From IMG/VR virus record IMGVR_UViG_3300045988_027679, positions 1 to 42,869 of that record: a DNA stretch of 42,869 bases, one strand, 5' to 3'. The first letter of the stretch is position 1. The number at the start of each line of letters is the position of its first letter. This document shows positions 1 to 9,500 of this stretch, in pieces. Made by a program: the position numbers and the translations under genes. A model generated the notes under the pieces. It made no database searches, was not told the DNA's origin, and was given only the letters and a program-made list of their open reading frames with translations. This DNA comes from a virus.

Positions 1-222
1 AGTAACTTTACTAGTGTCCCAAGAGGATAAGTCTAAACTCTGCAAGGCACTGCATCCTTGGAAACAATAAGTCAAATCAGTAACTTTACTAGTGTCCCAA
101 GAGGATATAAACTTACTATACGAATTATTTATAGATGGATGAAATCGTAAAATCTTACCCAATAATTCGTACATATCATTTTTTCTGCTACTTACCATTA
201 ATTTTCTTCTATCTGTTCTCAT
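1..222 (-). CDS. BspA/DUF285-type 26-residue-repeat (LRR-like) protein, 5' part; ORF open to the left window edge
   Basis: My own minus-strand translation from ATG at 222-220 gives MRTDRRKLMVSSRKNDMYELLGKILRFHPSINNSYSKFISSWDTSKVTDLTYCFQGCSALQSLDLSSWDTSKVT with no stop down to nt 1. It is in the same frame and carries the same repeat as 41914..42855 when the 59-nt overlap is merged. It is absent from the ORF track because it has no in-window stop. Confidence 0.7.
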   Translation of the reverse strand, partial: MRTDRRKLMVSSRKNDMYELLGKILRFHPSINNSYSKFISSWDTSKVTDLTYCFQGCSALQSLDLSSWDTSKVT

Positions 223-233
223 ACGTTTTCCTC

Positions 234-1013
234 CTATGTATTAATATTCCACTCTTGCACAAGTCCATAGTACTTGCCGCCTATGTATCTGATGTTGAAC
301 TCGTAATGTGTATTTGCCTCCACCGATGGTGTTTCTGCCCATATCACATCAGCAGGAAAAGTTACAGTGGGTGCAGTAGCTCCTGTATCAAAACTTCCTT
401 GATACTCATTTGTCACCGTCAAGTCTGTAGGAGCATTGAGGGTTAGGGTAAGGGATTCACCAATAGTAATGTCATACACCTTGTTAGCATCCATAGCCAA
501 TGTCGTTTCGGATGCAGGTGTTTCCACAACAGGGAGCTTTACAATATCCAAGTACTTATTCAGTTCATTTGCTGCATCGGTAGCAGGCTTCTTTAAGCTC
601 TCAATCTCTTCGGAAGTAAAATCGTCGTAAGTGAATGGGTCACCCTTGTCGCCCTTAGGACCAGTTGCGCCAGTTGCACCAGTGTCGCCCTTCAAGCCTT
701 GCACGCCTTGTAGTCCTTGCTCTCCTTGTGCACCTTGACTACCCTTGCTTCCGTTGCGTACAACAAAGATTTTCTTATCTCCATTGACCTGCTCTATAGT
801 CACAACGTTTTCGCCGCCATCCTCGCTTGACTGCTTTGTTTCAATGTTCTTGATACTCTTGCTCACAGAATCGCTAATGCTTAACGCTGCTTCTTTAGTA
901 AACTCTGCCACATCGACAAGAACACTACCGACACGGTCGGCAGTGTTCGCTCTTGGCTTTACCTCATTCTTGATACCCTCGGCACGCTCAATGATTTCCT
1001 CTATATTGCTCAT
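234..1013 (-). CDS. Collagen-like (Gly-X-Y) tail fibre protein
   Basis: Has 13 uninterrupted G-X-Y triplets ([39 protein letters not shown]) between an N-terminal helical part and a beta-rich C-terminal domain. It sits at the start of the fibre locus. Confidence 0.8.
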   Translation of the reverse strand: MSNIEEIIERAEGIKNEVKPRANTADRVGSVLVDVAEFTKEAALSISDSVSKSIKNIETKQSSEDGGENVVTIEQVNGDKKIFVVRNGSKGSQGAQGEQGLQGVQGLKGDTGATGATGPKGDKGDPFTYDDFTSEEIESLKKPATDAANELNKYLDIVKLPVVETPASETTLAMDANKVYDITIGESLTLTLNAPTDLTVTNEYQGSFDTGATAPTVTFPADVIWAETPSVEANTHYEFNIRYIGGKYYGLVQEWNINT

Positions 1014-1032
1014 GTCTGTAAAATTTTATCGA

Positions 1033-1605
1033 TTAGTTTCCAATAACGTGAAATTTCAGCCTGCTTCCTCGCACGCTCCTTATCTGTTTGTCCTTTGCAT
1101 GATATTTGCAATATGCCATGCACTCGGAAATGTATCTCTCTGCCATATCCATGGTGTCGTTGTACTGGTTAAGTTTCGGGTCATTGTCGTGGTTAGCATA
1201 GTCGTCATTGTGCCGCATAGCCCCCGAACGTGTCAGTATCGAACCGTCGGCACGAATCATCCTTGCATAAACGAAATAGGCCAATGCCTTCCTCATCCCA
1301 TTGCAGTAATTAACTAGCACTTCGTCACTGCACCCGCATTTTCCGTGCTTGTCGTCCTCCCACTCGCCACCGTCAAGAAGCAGCGTTGCGCTGAAGGTAT
1401 CGTCGAATGTCTCATCCCATACGCTAACGATACCTTCAGCAGCAGCCTTGAAATTTTTATAGCCAAGGAACGGAATAATGTACTTGTCCTCGCTTTCACG
1501 AATGTATGCGTTCACTTCATTCTCATCTAGGTGTGCGCTGGTCGGTCGTGCCAGTTCCCGGAACTGATCAACCGTTATAAGTTGTTTTCTAGTCTTGTCT
1601 CCCAT
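1033..1605 (-). CDS. Hypothetical virion-module protein (possible head-tail connector)
   Basis: 190-aa ORF packed 7 nt from the portal-like gene. The N-terminal pattern ITVDQFRELARPTS..DENEVNAYIRESEDKYIIPFLG loosely resembles gp6-like connector proteins. The function is a guess. Confidence 0.6.
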   Translation of the reverse strand: MGDKTRKQLITVDQFRELARPTSAHLDENEVNAYIRESEDKYIIPFLGYKNFKAAAEGIVSVWDETFDDTFSATLLLDGGEWEDDKHGKCGCSDEVLVNYCNGMRKALAYFVYARMIRADGSILTRSGAMRHNDDYANHDNDPKLNQYNDTMDMAERYISECMAYCKYHAKDKQIRSVRGSRLKFHVIGN

Positions 1606-1612
1606 AGGCTCA

Positions 1613-2791
1613 TTAATCTATCGTATTGTTCCCTGCCGCTTCGCTGCTGATATACTTCAACGGCTGTAGCTTCGGGTCTAGGTTCTGAATGGCTGGGTCG
1701 TGCCAATTCTCGAAAATCTTCTTGAAGGCACGCTCGATGAAACGCTGCTCGGTCGTCACTTCGCCTGCATAGTACTCGTAGGCATCCTGCATAACTTGTC
1801 CGCTGAATCCAAGCTTGCCCATACGGATGGCATAGAAGAGTTCTTGGTGGAACTGTGCATAGATGCGTTCAATAACGCTGCTGTCGGTCACGCTGAACTC
1901 CTTGTCGAAGTTCTTTGTCGGGAAAGCAACAACCTTCGGTTCGTCTTCCTCGTTCTCAACTTCGACAGCAAGAATCTTCGCTGTGTTCTCGTCCCCTTGG
2001 AACTGCAGAAGGTCTTCATCGGAAATCATCTGTCCGCTCTCCACCTCTTCGCCTTCCTCGTTGAACTTAGGCACGCCCTTCTTGGTTACGAGCATACACG
2101 ATACAAGGAAGTTGTTTCTCACGTTTCTCATCTTCACGTTGGACAGTCCCTCATCGGTCGAAATCTCCGTGATGGCAGAATCGTAGCTGGCTGTCGGATA
2201 GATGAATTTTCCGTCTAGGCTCTGCCACAGAATCTGCCCCTTATAGCTGTCGATGCCTCCAGCGTTCTCAATCTGTTCAAGAACGATGTCGGGGTCGGGG
2301 TTGAAGACGTTGATGCGCTCAATAGTCTTCTCGTTCACAAACAACCGCTTTCCGTTCCTCGTTTTCTTCTGCTCCCAGTCGGGATGCAACAAGACGTGCT
2401 CCACGTTCCCCTTGTCGTCCGTCTCTTCAAGGCGGCAATTCTCGAAGGGTACGTGGCTCACGCTCGACACCTGCCCAAAAACGTTGTAGTTAACATGAAG
2501 GGCAAATCCCCCATAGCGTGCGAGGTCTTGCGCAACGTTCCGAAGCAAATCGTCTGCCGTGTCCCCTTGCCAGTTCATCGCTAACGCTGCGATAACATCG
2601 CTGTCGAAGCCGTAGCCCTCAATGAATCGGGCGTAGCGGTTAAGGCAGAGCATTGCCGTTCCGCTGGCTTCCGTGATGCGTGCGAGGTTCTGCGGATATA
2701 GATTATCATATCCGTATGCCTGCATCTTGAATCGGCTGACGTAGCCAATATCAACCCTTCGCTTTGGCTTTTTAACTGTCTTAACGTTCAT
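1613..2791 (-). CDS. Putative portal protein
   Basis: 392 aa in the head module, and the only portal-sized unassigned ORF. I cannot verify any diagnostic motif by eye. Confidence 0.5.
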   Translation of the reverse strand: MNVKTVKKPKRRVDIGYVSRFKMQAYGYDNLYPQNLARITEASGTAMLCLNRYARFIEGYGFDSDVIAALAMNWQGDTADDLLRNVAQDLARYGGFALHVNYNVFGQVSSVSHVPFENCRLEETDDKGNVEHVLLHPDWEQKKTRNGKRLFVNEKTIERINVFNPDPDIVLEQIENAGGIDSYKGQILWQSLDGKFIYPTASYDSAITEISTDEGLSNVKMRNVRNNFLVSCMLVTKKGVPKFNEEGEEVESGQMISDEDLLQFQGDENTAKILAVEVENEEDEPKVVAFPTKNFDKEFSVTDSSVIERIYAQFHQELFYAIRMGKLGFSGQVMQDAYEYYAGEVTTEQRFIERAFKKIFENWHDPAIQNLDPKLQPLKYISSEAAGNNTID

Positions 2792-2818
2792 GCTTGTGTC
2801 GTTTTACTTGTTGTTTTG

Positions 2819-3268
2819 TTACTCTTCCTTGCCTGCTTTTTCGGCTTGGTCGATGTCTTCCTTCTTGTCGCTGCCTGCTGGCTGCTTGTTCTCGATGAGT
2901 TCATCGCTGGGTATCTTCTGAAAGTAGCTCTCCATGTGTGGGTACTTCGTCAGATATTCATGCGCTACCTTGTCGGTCAGGTTCTCATTCGTAAAAATCT
3001 TACCATGGTAGAAATCCGGGCAGGAAATGATGAAGCCTGCCTTCATTGCGTAATTACATGTTTTTGGCATTGCCTTTTCTTTTTTGAGTTTTAGATAAAT
3101 TTCTATCAAAGCATCGTGGTAACACTGCTGGCAGGTCGTTGGCACGAACCGCTTGCGTGTTACCTCGAAATAGAGAGTTTCAATAACTGCCTTGTCGGTT
3201 GCATCAAAGGGACTGTCAAAACGTGCCTTCAACTCTCCGACCTTGGCTGTCGCTTCCTCGTAGGTCAT
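2819..3268 (-). CDS. Hypothetical head-module protein
   Basis: 149-aa ORF tightly packed between structural genes, with an acidic/lysine-rich C-terminus. Confidence 0.7.
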   Translation of the reverse strand: MTYEEATAKVGELKARFDSPFDATDKAVIETLYFEVTRKRFVPTTCQQCYHDALIEIYLKLKKEKAMPKTCNYAMKAGFIISCPDFYHGKIFTNENLTDKVAHEYLTKYPHMESYFQKIPSDELIENKQPAGSDKKEDIDQAEKAGKEE

Positions 3269-3271
3269 GGC

Positions 3272-3865
3272 TTAACCTCCTACGGCTGCTGTTGTCAGAC
3301 TGGCGTACTTGGCTGCCGTGGTCTCGCTGTCTGTGTCGAAGAAGAAATAAGCTGCCTTCGGTACGCTCTCCTCTTCCAGCGTGATAAGCCAGCCACCCTC
3401 GGTGTCGTCTGAGTACTTGTCGTTCTCGCCTGCGCTTGCCTTCAGTGCCTGCGCATATCCGAATACCTGGTACTCTGCACTTCCGTCCGCTCCCTTTGAA
3501 AGGTTGCGCAGGATGATAACATACTTTCCGTTCGCCAAGCCGTCAATGATATTTGCGCAAACCTCGGGTGTGTTCGCAAGCACCACGATTGCCACGGTGT
3601 TCTTCCAGCTGTTGCGATACGTTCCAACGGTCAGCTCGGTCTTGGTTCCAGTGAATGGCTTGCTGCCCTCCTGCCGGATGGCGTATGCTTTCTTTCCAGT
3701 CTTCAATACCAATGATTTAATCGTATTGCCTTCGACAACGGACTTGGTGAAGTCGATGTCGTCTCGGTTGATGATAAGTCCATCGCCCTCCAGTCCCTTC
3801 GTTACTTGGTCTTCGCAAGGGATGATGATGTCCTGGGCGATAAGGCTCTCGCAAGTTGTTGCCAT
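3272..3865 (-). CDS. Hypothetical structural protein (possible major tail/tube or decoration protein)
   Basis: 197-aa beta-rich ORF directly downstream of the capsid gene and its hairpin. The function is inferred from position only. Confidence 0.6.
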   Translation of the reverse strand: MATTCESLIAQDIIIPCEDQVTKGLEGDGLIINRDDIDFTKSVVEGNTIKSLVLKTGKKAYAIRQEGSKPFTGTKTELTVGTYRNSWKNTVAIVVLANTPEVCANIIDGLANGKYVIILRNLSKGADGSAEYQVFGYAQALKASAGENDKYSDDTEGGWLITLEEESVPKAAYFFFDTDSETTAAKYASLTTAAVGG

Positions 3866-3890
3866 ATTAATTCGTTTTTAATTGTTATAT

Positions 3891-3918
3891 CCCCAACACC
3901 GTTTTGTGGGTGTTGAGG
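3891..3918 (-). terminator. Hairpin just downstream of the capsid gene (possible attenuating terminator)
   Basis: The minus-sense sequence CCUCAACACC-CACAAAAC-GGUGUUGGGG forms a 10-bp stem including one G-U pair, 38 nt after the capsid stop. It has only a weak U tail. Confidence 0.4.
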
Positions 3919-3955
3919 ATTTGTAAACTTAATACTTGATGAAGATTTGGAGCGA

Positions 3956-5020
3956 TTAGTAAGCTGCATGGATCATGTTCTCTTCGAGGAGAGCCGTGCC
4001 AATCTTACCTGTAGCATAGAGATAGTTCCTGCGCTCCTTCTTGTCGAACCAGACGTCGAGGTCGCTAATGAGTGAATCAGCGTCAGTACCAATCATGAGG
4101 TGCTTAGGATTACAGAATACCGCACGGTGTGGAAGGTTAACTGTCGTTGTGCCCTTCTCGTATGCTTTTATCATTCTGTCCCAAATGCCGACACGTGCAA
4201 TCTTCACTCCGTTGTAGGTCGCTACTTCGAAGCCATCGAACAACTTCTCCCATGGCATAATGTCGTGGTAGGTCTTCTTGAGGTCGTATGTAAGTGCGTC
4301 AGCAAGCGATCGTGTCATGAGCAATACGGCATCACTGTCGTCAACGATACGTGTGTCTGTATCAAAGAGGATGGTATCTACAAGTGTAGTAGCCGCACCA
4401 CTCTTGCGTAATGCAGTAATCTGCGCTGCTGCCGTGGTCTCGCTGTTGGCTGCGATGGCGGTATGGTTGGTCGCTGTGGCTTCAAAGATGCGCTTGAACA
4501 GGCCATCGCAGACGTTGAAATTACTGACATCTAAGCCTGCTGTCAGCTTGCCGCCACCTGCACCTGCCAATGCTGCCGCCTTGTCACCAAACCAGCCGAA
4601 ACGCCAAATCATCTGCTGTATAGCTCGCAGGAGAGCATCGGTGTAGATGGTCATGAAGTCGGTGTTGTTAAGGTCGCCAATCTCTGTTCCAGTCTTCAAT
4701 GAATACTCAGCGATGGTTCCCTTCAATGCCTCGTAGCAAATCTTAATAGGGATTTCCCACTGTCCGAGTTCCCAACGCTTCTGAGAGTTGGCGATTCCCT
4801 TCTCTTCATAGGTAGGGTCGCAACCTCCACCCTTCTTGCCGACCATTTCCATCTCTCCGAGCAGAGCGATAGGGTCTTTTTCTTTGACCTTCTGAATGTT
4901 CACGAATGAAGAGAAATCTTCATCGTTGTAGAAGGTTTCCTGTATTGCATCCTTGATGCTTGCGAGGTTTTCTGGCTGGAGTTTAAGGTTCTCCAGTTGC
5001 TGTTTTGTAAATCCTGCCAT
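3956..5020 (-). CDS. Major capsid protein (HK97-fold type)
   Basis: 354 aa immediately downstream of the ClpP-like prohead protease. Size, composition and position are typical of a major capsid protein. Confidence 0.75.
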   Translation of the reverse strand: MAGFTKQQLENLKLQPENLASIKDAIQETFYNDEDFSSFVNIQKVKEKDPIALLGEMEMVGKKGGGCDPTYEEKGIANSQKRWELGQWEIPIKICYEALKGTIAEYSLKTGTEIGDLNNTDFMTIYTDALLRAIQQMIWRFGWFGDKAAALAGAGGGKLTAGLDVSNFNVCDGLFKRIFEATATNHTAIAANSETTAAAQITALRKSGAATTLVDTILFDTDTRIVDDSDAVLLMTRSLADALTYDLKKTYHDIMPWEKLFDGFEVATYNGVKIARVGIWDRMIKAYEKGTTTVNLPHRAVFCNPKHLMIGTDADSLISDLDVWFDKKERRNYLYATGKIGTALLEENMIHAAY

Positions 5021-5052
5021 TATTTTCTTCTGATTTAATGGGTTAATACTTG

Positions 5053-6315
5053 TTACTTCTTGCCCTTTTTGTGGAGCTTTGCAAGTCTCTCCTTGATGGC
5101 GTTCTTACCTTCCTCGACAGCGTTCACGTTGTCGCCTGCGCCCTTGCCGCTTGGCTGTCGCTGTGCTGGCTGGTAGTGGCTGCTGTAGCCTGCCAACACC
5201 TTCTCAGCACCGCCTGCCATCTTCACGGCATTCAGAATGCGCATGTCTTCCTTGCTCTTCGCAAGTTTCTGTGCGCCTGCCAGCTGTGCCTTGGTGTCGC
5301 TCAACTGCTGCTTGAGTGCTGCTACCTGCTGCTGCAACTTTGCTACGGTGTCGTCTGTGCTTGATGCGCTGCCGCCTTCACCGCCTTCACCGCCCTCACC
5401 ACCGGTGTCGTCTGCTGTCTTAATGTCGGTAATTACACCGTCCTCGACAACGATTGTCTTGCCATCGGGCATTTCAAATGTTCCGTCCGGACTTGCCTTG
5501 TCGCCAACTTGCGGATCTCCCTCTTCACGCTCAACGGTCAGTGTCTGTCCGTCCGCTGTGTTGAGTTCCATAGCCTTTGGCTCTACCTTGGCTTGTGGCT
5601 CTGCCACCGCCTGCTCTGCTTCTTCCAGTGACTTCACGCCCAACTTGGCGAGAATCTTGTCAAGGAGAGAAGCCTTTACTTCTGTTTTCTTCTCCATTGC
5701 TTTTGGATTTTGTTGTTTTGAATTAATGAATTGCTCTATGTTGCGCTTTGATGCGCTTGCGCTGATTGGTGCAACGGTGCTGCTGATAAGCCCTAGGCGC
5801 AAAGCCTCGCTGGTACTGATGAAGATGTCCTTATCCATCAAGGCTTGAATCTCTTCACGGTCGCACTCGCACCGCTCTACGTATGCGTCCACCATCTTAT
5901 CCTGCCACATCTGCATTTCCTCGCTCTGGTTCTTCAAGTCCTTTGCGTTCAGCTGGTCGCCCAGACACCAGCCAGGAACCCACGGATTGTGCAGGAGGAA
6001 GGAAGCGTTCTCGTATGCCTTTCGGCTCTCCTTTGGTGCTGCGAGCATGATGATTGTGGCCATAGACGCAGCCTTGCCCTCAACGGTGCAGGTTATCTTC
6101 TTGCCGCTCTGTCTCAGTCGGTCGTAAATCGCCCAACCTTCGACAACAGAGCCGCCATTGCAGAAGATGCGCATATCGATGGTATCATCGTCTTTCGGTA
6201 TGCTTGCCGCAAAAACATCTATATCTTGAAAACACACGCAGTCACCACCCCACCATTGATACCAAAACTTGTTGTCTTGGCTGTCGATGTCGTTGTATAT
6301 TCTGAGTTTTGCCAT
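5053..6315 (-). CDS. ClpP/S14-family prohead protease fused to a scaffold-like C-terminal region
   Basis: The N-terminal 190 aa carry Clp-protease motifs (GKAASMATIIMLA with the catalytic Ser context, LLHNPW His context). The C-terminal half is coiled-coil/low-complexity (GGEGGEGGEGG, AKLQQQVAALKQQL). Confidence 0.85.
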   Translation of the reverse strand: MAKLRIYNDIDSQDNKFWYQWWGGDCVCFQDIDVFAASIPKDDDTIDMRIFCNGGSVVEGWAIYDRLRQSGKKITCTVEGKAASMATIIMLAAPKESRKAYENASFLLHNPWVPGWCLGDQLNAKDLKNQSEEMQMWQDKMVDAYVERCECDREEIQALMDKDIFISTSEALRLGLISSTVAPISASASKRNIEQFINSKQQNPKAMEKKTEVKASLLDKILAKLGVKSLEEAEQAVAEPQAKVEPKAMELNTADGQTLTVEREEGDPQVGDKASPDGTFEMPDGKTIVVEDGVITDIKTADDTGGEGGEGGEGGSASSTDDTVAKLQQQVAALKQQLSDTKAQLAGAQKLAKSKEDMRILNAVKMAGGAEKVLAGYSSHYQPAQRQPSGKGAGDNVNAVEEGKNAIKERLAKLHKKGKK

Positions 6316-6346
6316 TGAAACGTGATTTTTAAGTTTTAAAACGCTG

Positions 6347-6354
6347 CAAAGATA
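6347..6354 (-). promoter_or_regulatory. -7 box TAtcTTTG of the head-operon promoter
   Basis: The minus-sense sequence AAAATATCGTATCTTTGCAGCG lies 32 nt upstream of the protease ATG. There is no -33 TTTG at the usual spacing. Instead three CGATAT half-sites occur at 6355-6380. Confidence 0.5.
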
Positions 6355-6412
6355 CGATATTTTCCGATATGCTTATATCGTAAACAGTTAATTTTTCCAA
6401 ACAAGCCAAAAT

Positions 6413-6489
6413 TTTGCGTTCTAAGCGGCTTTTACTTCCTTGGGTGTATAACTTCACCACCTTCGACTAAAAACCGCTCAGAACGCAAA
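6413..6489. repeat. 16-bp inverted repeat (1 mismatch) with a 45-nt spacer, between the tail and head operons
   Basis: TTTGCGTTCTAAGCGG (6413-6428) pairs with CCGCTCAGAACGCAAA (6474-6489). On the minus-sense RNA this gives a long hairpin followed by AUUUUGG. Confidence 0.75.
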
Positions 6490-6511
6490 TCTTGATGAAA
6501 TAACAACACCA

Positions 6512-9500
6512 TTAGAGCCTGCTGATGTTCTCTATCGTCTGCACTCTCCGCTGTGTTCTGTTTATCTCCTCAACGCTCACTACTGGCTGGGGAGCCATCT
6601 GATACCCTCTGGCTACAGCTGCCGCCAGCATATCCATTCCGATGTTGCTGCCTCCGTTGTTTGCTACGATAGGCACGCCACCGCCCAGCTGGTTGAATGC
6701 CGAGAGAATAGGGCTGAACATAGAGGTCGCCTTGGCGGTCATTACACTCTCGCCATTGGATAGCCTTGCCGGGATGCTGTCGCTCGTTCCAGTGCCTGCT
6801 CCCTGAACATATCCACCAGTGGAGAAGCCCTTGACGAGTGCTTTCGCTCCTGCAAACGCTGCCTTGACAAGTGCCATCAATGCTGCTGCACTCGCAACAC
6901 CTCCCCACGACTTGCTTGCAATCTCCTTGGCGAGTATCTGCGCAAAGTAAGCGTTAACCGCAATTTCGATTGCGTCCAGTATTGATGTCAGCATAGATTT
7001 GAGGAATGAGTGCAGCGATTTATCCTCGCTCTCGAAGAACTCGGACAGACCGTCTCCCATGGTCTGTATCATATCGCTCATCATTTTCAGCTGGTCTTCC
7101 TGCAAAGCTGCCTTCTTCTTGTTGGCTTCCTCTTGCTCCTTGACTTCTGAATCGCTCAAATCCTTCTGTAGCTGCTCCTGCACGGCTGCATAGTCCTTGT
7201 AGGCGTCCATCTTGCTCTGAAGGAAAGCCTTGTATCTCTCCAGCTTTGCTGCATCGTCTTCCTCTCCAGTGCCACCGTTCATGATGTCAGCATCCCTGCG
7301 CTTCTTCTCTGCTTCCTCGAACTCCTTGTTGATTTCGTCCACAATCTCCTTTGCTTGATTCTTGATGTCCGCTTTCGCCTTTATCATGATGTCGAGAAGT
7401 TTTGCCTGCATTTCCTGCGCTTTTTCCGCTCCGATTTTCCCTGCCGCCACGTATGCGTCAATGCTTCTTGCAACCATGTTCTTCTCCAGCTGTTCGAGGT
7501 CGTTGCTGTAGTCTCTCTCGTTGTCGTACATGCCTGCGAGGTATCGCTTCTTTGCGTCCATTACTTGCTCGTTGTACTGGAACTGGATAAGAGCAATCTG
7601 TGCCTGCAATTCCTTTTCCAGCTTCTTCCTGCGCTCTGCTTCTGCCTTGGCTTCCGCTTCCTCCTTGGCTTTCTGTGCCTTGGTCTTGGTGGTGCTGCCC
7701 TTGGCTGCCGCTGGTGTCGTTCCCTTGTTTCCGTTCGTTGGCTCGCTGCTGGTCGCTCCACCGTCAAGGTTTGCAAGTTTCAGGTGGTTCAGTCTTCCGT
7801 TCACGGTGTTCTCGTATCCGTCAGCGAATGCGTTTCCAAAGTCTATGCCAGTCTGTTTTATATCCTTCCATCCTTCCTTGATGAACTTTGAAAGGTCGAA
7901 TATCTCCTTGAATCCCTGCTGTGCCTTGGAAAGGTCGAACGTTACGATACCCTCCAATATATCGAGCGCACCCTTTAGGCTTCTGCCAACTTGCTTCATT
8001 GAATCGATGATAAGGTTTGCCACGCCTTTAACTACAGACCAAACGCCACGGAAAGCCGCCCCCAATGTCTGAATAACCCCACGCAAAAGAAGGCTTTCAT
8101 TGTACCAGTCGATGAAGTAGTTGATGGTATTGAATAGCCCCTTCATTATCTGAATGAGAACCTTCGTGCCGAACATCTTACCCTTCTCGATCATCTCCTC
8201 GAATCCGTGCTGGCTCATATCGAACATTGACGAAAGGTAGCTATTGAGTTCCTTGTGTAGCTTGATGTTCTCCAGCTGGGTCTCTCCCCACTCTCCAGTC
8301 TGCTTCTTCACCTCTTCGATGTCGGTTGTCATCGTGTCGAGCTGTTCGATAAGCTGAATACCTGCTTGTGCTCCCTGCTTACCGAAGACGTTTTTCAGAA
8401 CATCGCCCACCTGCTGGCTGTCCGCTCCGAAGTCCTTCATCTTAGAAGCCACCAGCTGGATGATGTCGAAGGTGTTCTTCGTGCCGTTGGCTAGGTCTTG
8501 CTGCACCTGCTTGCTGGATATGCCGATAGCATCAAGGCTTGCAGATGTTGCTGTGCTCATTTCACGGATTTTCTTACTAGCCATCGTGATAATGTCTAGA
8601 CCCTTGTCGCTGAAAATGCCGCTTCGTGTCTGCTGGATGATAGCCACCATCTGGTCTGCCGATATTCCTGCATCGTGGAAGGTAGGCGCATATTGCTGTA
8701 TCTTGTTGAGCATGTCGCCAGACAGGTCTGCACCGCTCGCAAAGCCATCGTTGATAACTTTCATCGCTTCCTCGCCCGATAGGTGGTAGTTCGCCATGAG
8801 GTTGTCAGCTGTGGCGAGAACGTCATTGAAATCCTTTCCCATCGAGTCCGCTGTGGCTGTGATGCTGTTCCTCATCGTCTCCAATGCTTCCCCGGTGTAG
8901 CCAGTGAATTCCTTTGTCAGTCGTGTGGCTTCCATCAATCCCTTGTTGTAGTCATAGAACCACTTGAATGTCATACCAACGCCGACAACGCCAGCGAGTG
9001 CAGCAAAATATGGATTCATAACCAAGCCGATCGCTGTCTTACCGAACGCCTTCAGCTTGTCTGTCAGTCCATCCATATTCTGCGCCAGTTTGATGATGTT
9101 GCTAACCTCGGTATCATTGACAATATCCATACCAAAGAACTCCGTCCCCTGCAGGTCATCTGCTGCTTGCATCATCGAGTTGTAGTAATTGCCAACGTTG
9201 CGATAATATCGTTGCGTCTCCTCCTCAGCCAACTTCAACTTGTCAGTTATCTCGTTGATATGCTGGGCTAGGGCTTGCCCCTTCGCTCCCTCACGCTCTG
9301 CCTTCGCCATTTCATCGTATTTCTTGGTGGCATTTGAAAGCTGGGCACGCAGCTGCTTCAAGCTGCCCTCCTGCTCGTTTTCGGTGCGCACGTTGTTCTG
9401 TATCTCCTTCTGCAAGGCACGCACGTTGTACTGGTACTCCTTGATGGTTGCATTGATGGCTTCCGTCTGCACCTTCATTTCGTTGGTCGTGATGGTCTTG

